A DNA stretch of 24,000 nucleotides from contig JAGDZJ010000031.1 of NCBI GenBank assembly GCA_049115955.1, positions 1 to 24,000 on the forward strand, in the 5' to 3' direction. This document shows positions 17,462-24,000 of the stretch, one piece after another. Below the pieces are notes generated by a model. The model was not told where the DNA came from and did not search any database. It worked only from the letters and a program-made list of their open reading frames with translations. The position numbers and the translations under genes were made by a program. Each line of letters opens with the position of its first letter. Position 1 is the stretch's first letter. This DNA comes from Natronospirillum sp. (lineage in GTDB: Bacteria > Pseudomonadota > Gammaproteobacteria > Pseudomonadales > Natronospirillaceae).

Positions 17462-17495
17462 TCTGTCTGACCCGATAACGGCATGTTCAGACAGA
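17462..17495. other. 9-bp inverted repeat TCTGTCTGA-N16-TCAGACAGA in the MCP leader/promoter-proximal region
   Basis: Perfect arms at 17462-17470 and 17487-17495. It starts 36 nt upstream of the MCP ATG and abuts the predicted sigma54 start site. Confidence 0.25.
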
Positions 17496-17501
17496 TTAAT
17501 T

Positions 17502-17517
17502 AGCAAGAAACCGGCCA
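17502..17517 (-). promoter_or_regulatory. Candidate sigma54 (RpoN) -24/-12 promoter for the MCP gene: TGGCCGG-TTTC-TTGCT
   Basis: The minus strand reads TGGCCGGTTTCTTGCT, against the consensus TGGCACG-N4-TTGCW. GG and GC are present at exactly the canonical spacing, and 10 of the 12 specified consensus positions match. It lies about 76 nt upstream of the ATG. Confidence 0.5.
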
Positions 17518-17602
17518 CTGATCGCTGTTGTTATAATTATGAGGCTGAGTCGCGCGCTACGATTCGGCATGTACACATACATACTATGTAAGAACGCTGA
17601 AA

Positions 17603-17619
17603 TGCACCATTTTTGCGCA
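17603..17619. promoter_or_regulatory. Candidate enhancer (bEBP/NtrC-like) dyad TGCACCA-ttt-TTGCGCA
   Basis: 12 of 14 positions match the NtrC consensus TGCACCA-N3-TGGTGCA. Its centre is about 100 bp upstream of the candidate -24/-12 element, a typical enhancer distance. Confidence 0.3.
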
Positions 17620-17732
17620 TGAAATTAGCCAGAGAACTCAGACGGTGCAGTCTGCTATTGTTTACAGTGTGCGACCAATGCCTATTTGGAATACGGTATG
17701 CTTGCATCGCATGGGGCGGGTGGAGAAATCTA

Positions 17733-20381
17733 TCAGTGATCTACTCGGAAGAAAGGACGGGCAAATGCCACCGCTGCGGCACGGTCCTCGACGTTCATTT
17801 TGCGATAGATGCTGCGAATGTGGCTCTTCACCGTCGAGGGCGCGACGAACATCTGACGAGCAATGTCTTGATTACTGTAGCCCTCGACAATGCGCGTTAA
17901 TACCTCAACTTCTTTCGGGGTTAAGGCTTCGCTTTGATCAGTCAGATTGGCGTTCAAGCGTGACACCCAAGGGGTGCCTGTTGGTGTTTCCGCTGTATGA
18001 TGGGCCACCCGATCGACCTGCGGCAAAATCATCCCTAACTCAGGCAGTTCCGCCATCAAAGGACGCAGCGCTGCGCGCCATACCCACAATGAAAACAACG
18101 GTTTGACCTGCAGCAGTTCGTGGCGCACCGGTTCCAACCAACGCGCCCCGGCTGCATCGTAAGCGGCTAGGCACAGCCTGTTGCGCAGCGCTTCTAGCCG
18201 CAGCCCACGGTCATCCGCCTGCAGCAAAAGAGTCTTAAGCAGCGCAATCCCCGACTCAACATCACCGCGCAGTATCTGTGTCCACGCTGCTTGGCGATGA
18301 TAACTTTGCAAGAAGTGGTTATGTGCGGGGCGAGCTAATATTGTCTCATCAGTGTCCGGCCAGTCGCCCTCTCCGGTTTCGTGGCGCAACACCAGCTCAA
18401 ACTGCAGTACATGCGCCAACCAATCGGTGTGGTAGGCAAAACGACTTTTTAAATGCTTCAGATGAAACGCCACCTGACGAGCGCGCGTCAGTTCACCCGT
18501 CACTAAATGCACCCGCCCCTTGATGGCAAAAGCGGGCAATAGGCCGTAATCGCCCAATGGCTGCATGATCGACAATTCTTCTTCCACATAATGCAGCGCC
18601 TCGTCCAACGACAGACGCTCCAACAACGCCAAAGCTCGATTGCGATATAAAAACTCCATATGCAGCACACGTTCAACGCACTTTTCATGCGCCGTTGCTA
18701 CCGCCCGTGCCTGTACCTGAAAGGCTTCATCCAATTGCCCCATGGCGCACAGCGTGTCGCTCTGCAAACACAGTGACCACAGTTGCTGCTGCGCCAGCTT
18801 GCTGACCACTGCCTGTTGTTCGGCCGCTTGCAAGCTGGCCAAGGCCTCACGCAAACGCCCGGCGCATAAATCACTTTGCCCCAGCACCAACCAAGCCACC
18901 GTGCGAGATATGGCGCTGTCAGACGGCAAAGCCTTCAGTGCTTCACGCGCCAAAGCTTGGGCGCCGGCGTAGTCCTCCCGATTGATGGCTTCTTGAGCCC
19001 GCACCACTTGGAATTCAGCCCGCAGCTCGGAACTGATGTCCATGCCTTCCGCCTCCGCGGTGGCCAGCAAGGGCAACGTCTCTGCCTCGCGATAGGTAGC
19101 CAAGTTGAGCCACAGTTTCAGCAAGAGCAAGGCAGAATCTTCCAGCATGGCCGACTCACTGATCATCGCAAAGGCCTCGTCCAGCAAATCAAACTGCCCC
19201 CGTCGATAAAAAAATTCTCCAGAATGGTGCAGTACGGTACAGACCGCAACGGCATCACGCATCGACAAGGCTAACGCGAGCGCATCATAGGCTTGCCCGG
19301 TCAGCAAGTACGCGTCCACGGCATCGGCTTGAATACGCGCCCACTCAACGGGGTCGTCCATCCCCCAACTATGAAGGGCTTCTCTGAACAGGTCTTGTAG
19401 CCGATACCATGTGTCCTGCTCTCCTGTCGGATGCACCAACATGTGCGCGTGCACCAATTGCGACAACCAATGCGACACATCATCCTGGCCCGTCATGCGG
19501 CGACACATATCCGCATTGAAGCGATCAAACACGCAGATGCGCCGCAACAGCAGTTGCAGTTCAGGTGCCAGAGAGGGCATAACTTCATCACGGAAATAAT
19601 CGAAGATCAGATGGTACGGGCCACTGAGGCGCGCACTGCTGTCTACCAGCTCTTCAGTGGTCTTGGCATGGCAACTGATGAGCTGATATCCAGCGGGCCA
19701 GCCTTGCAGCCGATGGTCTATTTGGCGCAACACTTCAGGCGTTACCTCGCGCGCCAAACGACGCGACAAAAACTCTGCGGCCTCATCAGCGGTAAAATCC
19801 AGCGCGGGCGCATCGACCTCCAACACCTGCCCCCGCACACGTAAAGCAGCAATACCGATGGCTGGCTCCACATGGCTGCCCATCAGCAAATGAATATTCG
19901 GCGGTAAATAGCGCACCCAATGCCGCATGGCGGCATGGATGTCGGGATTGTCTATCACATGGTAGTCATCCAGCACCACATACAAGTGCGCGGCGGTACG
20001 CGACAACTCGACAGACACCTTACCGAGCAAACTTTCCAGTGACTTGAACTCGCCGGTTTCGACCAGCGCAATACTTTCTGCACAGCCGTTTTCTGTGGCC
20101 TGATGCAACGCCGACAGGAGGTGTGCCGCGAAGTGCTGCACCTGATTATCGCCTGCGTCGAGAGAGAGCCAAGCATATTGGGGCTGGCGCAGATACAGCC
20201 AGCTCACCAGCAAGGTGGTTTTACCCTGGCCCGGCGGCCCTTGCAGCAGTGTGACCGGATAAGCCCATGCTTGATCCAGCACGGTTTCCAGACGTGCGCG
20301 TGCGACCACCGGCTCGGGAATGCGCGGCGGAATCAATTTGTACGGGTTCACCCACAGGCGTGTGGTGACATCGGTGGCCAT
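17733..20381 (-). CDS. MalT-family transcriptional activator (STAND ATPase + helical repeats + C-terminal LuxR HTH)
   Basis: 882-aa ORF (E. coli MalT is 901 aa). The N-terminus YKLIPPRIPEPVVARARL parallels MalT LIPSKLSRPVRL. Walker A GPPGQGKTT, Walker B YVVLDDYH. LuxR HTH LTPKEVEVLTRIVEGYSNQDIARQMFVAPSTVKSHIRSIYRKMNV. Confidence 0.9.
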   Translation of the reverse strand: MATDVTTRLWVNPYKLIPPRIPEPVVARARLETVLDQAWAYPVTLLQGPPGQGKTTLLVSWLYLRQPQYAWLSLDAGDNQVQHFAAHLLSALHQATENGCAESIALVETGEFKSLESLLGKVSVELSRTAAHLYVVLDDYHVIDNPDIHAAMRHWVRYLPPNIHLLMGSHVEPAIGIAALRVRGQVLEVDAPALDFTADEAAEFLSRRLAREVTPEVLRQIDHRLQGWPAGYQLISCHAKTTEELVDSSARLSGPYHLIFDYFRDEVMPSLAPELQLLLRRICVFDRFNADMCRRMTGQDDVSHWLSQLVHAHMLVHPTGEQDTWYRLQDLFREALHSWGMDDPVEWARIQADAVDAYLLTGQAYDALALALSMRDAVAVCTVLHHSGEFFYRRGQFDLLDEAFAMISESAMLEDSALLLLKLWLNLATYREAETLPLLATAEAEGMDISSELRAEFQVVRAQEAINREDYAGAQALAREALKALPSDSAISRTVAWLVLGQSDLCAGRLREALASLQAAEQQAVVSKLAQQQLWSLCLQSDTLCAMGQLDEAFQVQARAVATAHEKCVERVLHMEFLYRNRALALLERLSLDEALHYVEEELSIMQPLGDYGLLPAFAIKGRVHLVTGELTRARQVAFHLKHLKSRFAYHTDWLAHVLQFELVLRHETGEGDWPDTDETILARPAHNHFLQSYHRQAAWTQILRGDVESGIALLKTLLLQADDRGLRLEALRNRLCLAAYDAAGARWLEPVRHELLQVKPLFSLWVWRAALRPLMAELPELGMILPQVDRVAHHTAETPTGTPWVSRLNANLTDQSEALTPKEVEVLTRIVEGYSNQDIARQMFVAPSTVKSHIRSIYRKMNVEDRAAAVAFARPFFRVDH

Positions 20382-20436
20382 TAGCAGCTCAGTGTTGTTG
20401 TTTTTATGGTGTTAGCATGCCTGAACTTCCAGCATC

Positions 20437-20464
20437 GCTGGCAATATGCTCCTGCATTGCCAGC
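20437..20464. promoter_or_regulatory. Perfect 9-bp inverted repeat GCTGGCAAT-N10-ATTGCCAGC upstream of the MalT-like gene
   Basis: It lies 56-83 nt upstream of the regulator's ATG. A third element, CCAGC at 20429-20433, can pair alternatively with GCTGG at 20437-20441. CCAGCAT is directly repeated at 20429 and 20460. Confidence 0.3.
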
Positions 20465-20485
20465 ATACCGCCCATCCATGGGCAT

Positions 20486-20512
20486 AAAAAAGGCCGATTT
20501 AGAGAATCGGCC
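20486..20512 (-). terminator. Rho-independent terminator of the beta-amylase gene
   Basis: The minus strand reads GGCCGATT-ctcta-AATCGGCC followed by TTTTTTAT. This is a perfect 8-bp stem with a 5-nt loop and a T6 tract, 40 nt after the amylase stop. Confidence 0.8.
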
Positions 20513-20551
20513 AATTGGAGGTCAAAGGGGTGGAGTTTTATCGAACGTCCT

Positions 20552-22288
20552 TCAGAATCCGCCCGTGCTGTTGACCACAGAGTTAGTACCGCCCGTCGTC
20601 ACGACGTTGTTAGCACCGCCCTGCCATTGCACTCCGGCCGTCGGGTTCGCATCTTCGCGCTTCACGCATTTCCATTCGATTTGCGTGTTCTCGGGTAAAC
20701 CGTTCACTGTCACTTGCCATGTTGGGTAGTTTGCCGCCCCCATTAAGACGCCATTAGCTGGGCTCCAACTTCCAATACCGGAAACACTGCCTACTACGTA
20801 GACACTCTGGCCCCAATAGGTTGAACCGTTGTTGCAGGTGAACGATACCGACGCGCCGCCGCTATTCGATGGCGCTTTGAAGTTCTGGATGAACTGCGCA
20901 TAGCGGTTACGGCCCGTCGTATTGGCCGTGACATTGGACAGGCGCAATACGGTTAAGCCGTTGTAGCTCGTCCAGGTGAAGGCGTTTTCAATGTTATTCC
21001 AACCGGTGTCCGTCTGTACGCCACCCGCCAAGGCATTTTCGCCCTTGAGGTCAACGCCCATCGCACCCGCCGCATCACCGACCCAGAACACCAAGTCTTG
21101 GGCGCGTGAATAAGCCAACGAACCGCCGTCGTAATCCTGGTTGTTCATTTCCAAGGCGGTAAAATGCAGTACCACGTTACGGCTTGGGTCGCTGCCCGTT
21201 TGGGCGGTGCTGATCATACTGTTGTAGCCATGGCCGGTGCCGGGCACATTGATGTTGATGTCGGTTGGTATCAGACCGGCGGTGATTTCAGGCACGCGAC
21301 GCATGCTGTCGCTTGGGTTGCCAATCTGCCAGTGAATACCAGGTATTTTCATACCCAACTCGATGTCGGACATCGGGCCATTGAATCCTTGCAGTGCGGC
21401 GTCGATCATGCGCGTACCGTGCTGAGTCAATGATTCGTGGTACCAGCGAATGAAATCGCGGCCGTACTGGGTGTACAGGTGGTCCTGATTATCAAAGAAG
21501 AAACTGGCATTCGACGGCGGGTTGATTTGCCCCCAGCTGGTCAAATTAGTGCCCCAGGCATTATTTAGTGTGGTCAGGTTGCCGTATCGGCCTTGTGCCC
21601 AGTTACGGAAGTCGGCCACCGCCAAATTGCCGTACGCCTGCAAAGTACCGCGATTCGGGTAGTGCGCCAGCGGCGAAGCACCGTCGTGCTGATTGTAGGA
21701 CGGATAACGCAATTCACCGGCCGGGCCCATGCTGATGTTCAGCTCAATGATGTGGTCGGCTAAGTGGGCGTAGCGGTCTTCGAACGCTGCCATAAACTCC
21801 ACGTACTGGTTCAATACAAAGTCGTCCGCCCACAGCGATACGGTTTCGTACGAATAATTGCCCAGCTCACTGCGGTAGCGCAGATCATTTTCGCTGATAT
21901 TAGGGTCTTGGCTGGCGGCTTGGCTCCAGAACCAACCCGGAATGGGGATATTGCAGTCGTCACCGACGTTACCACCGCACTGGTGAAACGACATAATGGG
22001 CACGACTTTCAGTCCGGCGTTGATGATGGTGCCGAAGATCTGGTCGTAATAAGACCAGTCGAATTGGTTGTCGCCTGCGGCTTCAACCTTACCCCACCAA
22101 ACATCGACCGAGATGCCGTCGAGGCCATAACTGGCGGCTTCACCGAGCTGCCATTGAAAGTCGTTCCATTGGCTTTGGTTGGTCAGTTCCAACGGTGCCA
22201 TGGCATTGGTGGTTTGCGCGAGGTCGGCCCAACTGGCCGAAGCAAAGATCACAGCGGTTGCCGCAATCAGGCTTTTAAACTTGAACAT
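20552..22288 (-). CDS. Secreted beta-amylase (GH14) with C-terminal CBM20 starch-binding domain
   Basis: - Both GH14 signatures are present: HQCGGNVGD (nt 21959-21985, verified by hand) and GPAGELRYPSY (catalytic Glu). A second catalytic Glu lies in LKGENALAGG.
- The C-terminal roughly 100 aa (SVSFTCNNGSTYWGQSVYVVGS...SWSP...YPTWQVTV...IEWKCVKRE) is CBM20-like.
- Sec signal MFKFKSLIAATAVIFASASWA.
- I use the ATG at 22288, which has an AAGGTG RBS 6 nt upstream. The tracked start at 22297 is a GTG. Confidence 0.9.
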   Translation of the reverse strand: MFKFKSLIAATAVIFASASWADLAQTTNAMAPLELTNQSQWNDFQWQLGEAASYGLDGISVDVWWGKVEAAGDNQFDWSYYDQIFGTIINAGLKVVPIMSFHQCGGNVGDDCNIPIPGWFWSQAASQDPNISENDLRYRSELGNYSYETVSLWADDFVLNQYVEFMAAFEDRYAHLADHIIELNISMGPAGELRYPSYNQHDGASPLAHYPNRGTLQAYGNLAVADFRNWAQGRYGNLTTLNNAWGTNLTSWGQINPPSNASFFFDNQDHLYTQYGRDFIRWYHESLTQHGTRMIDAALQGFNGPMSDIELGMKIPGIHWQIGNPSDSMRRVPEITAGLIPTDININVPGTGHGYNSMISTAQTGSDPSRNVVLHFTALEMNNQDYDGGSLAYSRAQDLVFWVGDAAGAMGVDLKGENALAGGVQTDTGWNNIENAFTWTSYNGLTVLRLSNVTANTTGRNRYAQFIQNFKAPSNSGGASVSFTCNNGSTYWGQSVYVVGSVSGIGSWSPANGVLMGAANYPTWQVTVNGLPENTQIEWKCVKREDANPTAGVQWQGGANNVVTTGGTNSVVNSTGGF

Positions 22289-22381
22289 GGTGTGCACCTT
22301 AGAGTGTTATTGTTTTTATCACTACACCCGCAAGGTTACGAATTCGATTCCGCCGCACAAGGTTGAGGGGGGCGTATTTTG

Positions 22382-22391
22382 GGGGAGGAAT
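22382..22391. promoter_or_regulatory. Possible MalT-box-like element GGGGAGGAAT upstream of the beta-amylase gene
   Basis: 8 of 10 positions match the E. coli MalT box GGGGA(T/G)GAGG, about 95-104 nt upstream of the amylase ATG. A second G-run (GAGGGGGG, 22365-22372) lies 10 bp away but does not fit the consensus. Confidence 0.2.
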
Positions 22392-22459
22392 TTGCACCCA
22401 CCGTTAAGACAGACGTTATGACGAGCTATTAAAAACGTCGCGAGCGCAGCAGTTTTTAA

Positions 22460-23989
22460 TCACCAAACCCAGTGACGCAAACGCAGCAGCAGTAGCTCCG
22501 CATCCGACAGCCCCGCCCGCTCCGCCAACACCTCGGTCAGAATTTCCGGGCTATCGGTGATGATGCCGTCCACCCCCATATCCAGAAAACGCGCCATGCT
22601 GGCGGCATCGTTCAGCGTCCAAACGTGAAGTTCCTGGCCTTCGTTGCGAATTTGCCGCATCCGCGACGGGGTGATAAATGCATCCCGCAAAGCCAAAATA
22701 TCAAACGGCTGGCCCGCGTACGCGCCGATGGAGCTGTGCACCAATAGGCTGGTGCGTAAGCGAGGCTCCAGTCGTCGAACCTCATGCAGTACCTGTGGGT
22801 TCAAGGCAGCAATGGTGGTCTGATCAATAAAGTCCAGCGCTTGCAGTTCGGCCACCACATCGCGTGTGAGTTGCGGCGTTTGCGGGGCGGTTTTGATCTC
22901 TAGATACAAAGCGCCGCGCCCGCGAATCAATTCAATGGCGTCGGCCAGTGTTGGAATGGGTTCGCCTTGAAATTCCGGGCTGAACCAACTGCCCGCGTCT
23001 AAGGTCGCCAGTTCATCGTAGCTGACTTCCCAGATGGCCCGACGGTCGCCTGCCACGCGCAGTAAGTCGCGGTCGTGCAGCAGCACCAGTGCACCGTCAG
23101 CTGTAGCACGGACGTCCAGCTCTATGGCGTCTGCGCCGTCGTTTAATGCGCGCTCTATGGCTGCCAAGCTGTTCTCTGGTGCCAAAAACGCGCTGCCCCG
23201 ATGGGCAATGTTCAGCGCGCTGTCGCGTGGTGTAAACACTTGCACGGCATAGGCTAACTGCCCCAAAGCCAACATCACCACCACGACTTCGACGCCCCAT
23301 GTCAGAACCCCGACGCGACGTGGCTCGTTGGTATCGGCTAAAACAAACGACTTGCCGCAGCAGAGCTTATACAGCTTTAAAATCAACATGCTGTTGGCAC
23401 TGACGCCTACAATCACCGCCACCGCAGCCAAGACGACGTAACTGGCAATAAGCATCAATAATACGGGGATCAATACGGCGTGGCGCTCGGGCAAAGCAAA
23501 CAGCACGCCGCGCCCCAGGGCATCGAAACTGACCGACAGCACAATGGGTAACAGGGCCGCCACTCCAGCCACAACCAACACCCTAAACGCCAAGCGCCAA
23601 CGCGAACCGCTGGTCAGGGTGCTACTGCGCTGTAACGCTGCCCAGGGTGATTTGCCTTCCAGCAACATGACCGGTAGAGCCAGAACCCAGCGAAAGTACA
23701 AACCGCCATTGAGCGCGGCCATCGCTAATATCAACGGCACCGCCATGGCGAAAAACCACCACAGCTCCGTCGGCTGACCGTTGATCACGTAATAGATGTC
23801 GTAACTGCCGAGCTGCCATTGAAAGGCTAAGGCCAGCAGCATCAACCAAGGAAGCGCCAACACCAGATGCACAAAGACCTGGATGCTCGCTAAAGGCAGC
23901 AACTTAGGCAGCCGACGCGCCAACAACCACAGCGCGGACGCCGCCGAATGATAACGACCATCAGCACGCGGTGAGGCGATCAGCATCAT
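22460..23989 (-). CDS. Membrane-anchored glycerophosphodiester phosphodiesterase (N-terminal polytopic domain + C-terminal GDPD domain)
   Basis: 509-aa ORF. The first roughly 250 aa contain about 7 hydrophobic helices. The GDPD core is NIAHRGSAFLAPENSLAAIERALNDGADAIELDVRATADGALVLLHD. The frame stays open to the window edge (24000), so the true start could lie upstream of 23989. Confidence 0.85.
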   Translation of the reverse strand: MMLIASPRADGRYHSAASALWLLARRLPKLLPLASIQVFVHLVLALPWLMLLALAFQWQLGSYDIYYVINGQPTELWWFFAMAVPLILAMAALNGGLYFRWVLALPVMLLEGKSPWAALQRSSTLTSGSRWRLAFRVLVVAGVAALLPIVLSVSFDALGRGVLFALPERHAVLIPVLLMLIASYVVLAAVAVIVGVSANSMLILKLYKLCCGKSFVLADTNEPRRVGVLTWGVEVVVVMLALGQLAYAVQVFTPRDSALNIAHRGSAFLAPENSLAAIERALNDGADAIELDVRATADGALVLLHDRDLLRVAGDRRAIWEVSYDELATLDAGSWFSPEFQGEPIPTLADAIELIRGRGALYLEIKTAPQTPQLTRDVVAELQALDFIDQTTIAALNPQVLHEVRRLEPRLRTSLLVHSSIGAYAGQPFDILALRDAFITPSRMRQIRNEGQELHVWTLNDAASMARFLDMGVDGIITDSPEILTEVLAERAGLSDAELLLLRLRHWVW

Positions 23990-24000
23990 CCCTGCGTGTT

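Noticed and set aside
17471-17478. A sigma28-like -10 element (CCGATAA) near the MCP gene.
   Set aside because: It is on the + strand, the wrong orientation for the minus-strand MCP. No TAAAG-type -35 lies at the right distance. It also falls within the loop of the 17462-17495 inverted repeat.
17537-17620. A 27-aa Cys-containing small ORF (MRKNGAFQRSYIVCMCTCRIVARDSAS) on the minus strand in the MCP upstream region.
   Set aside because: It has no Shine-Dalgarno sequence and overlaps the candidate enhancer dyad. Nothing distinguishes it from chance in a 306-bp intergenic region.
22428-22460. The A/T-rich inverted repeat ATTAAAAAC-N15-GTTTTTAAT after the GDPD gene, as a terminator.
   Set aside because: The stem is almost entirely A-T and overlaps the stop codon, and the inner GC segment does not pair well. 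It may be a weak bidirectional element, but I cannot support calling it a terminator.
1-24000. Mobile elements, CRISPR arrays, tRNA or rRNA genes, and prophage or defence-island signatures.
   Set aside because: I found no transposase, integrase or recombinase ORFs. I found no regularly spaced direct repeats, no terminal inverted repeats flanking any block, and no tRNA-like cloverleaf candidates in the short intergenic regions.

Overview
This looks like a chromosomal, core-genome window from a moderately GC-rich Gram-negative. Gene content and order look gammaproteobacterial and marine-type, but that is inference only. I call 18 protein-coding genes. I saw no rRNA, tRNA, CRISPR array, transposase or integrase.

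- **Left third (287-7157, + strand):** a compact choline-to-glycine-betaine locus, betI-betB-betA, runs straight into a ProU/OpuA-type ABC importer (binding protein, permease, CBS-tailed ATPase). A palindromic BetI-type operator lies upstream and GC hairpins sit between cistrons.
- **7230-8810 (+):** a YihY/BrkB-family membrane protein and a small membrane protein.
- **Centre (8803-11521, - strand), my top candidate for something undescribed:** a translationally coupled three-gene operon. It encodes a DinB-like protein, an NRDE/TANGO2-like domain fused to a lysolipid acyltransferase, and an OlsB-family GNAT N-acyltransferase. This is an OlsB/OlsA-type amino-lipid pathway carrying two extra modules.
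- **Right half:** mgtE and hemH (+), then a convergent enoyl-CoA hydratase whose 3' end contains a bidirectional terminator hairpin. Next come a large MCP with a good sigma54 -24/-12 promoter and a MalT-family STAND/LuxR regulator. Last are a secreted GH14 beta-amylase with CBM20 (characterised bacterial examples are from Firmicutes) and a membrane-anchored GDPD phosphodiesterase whose 5' end may run off the window.

All functional calls come from motif recognition by eye. No database searches or folding calculations were run.
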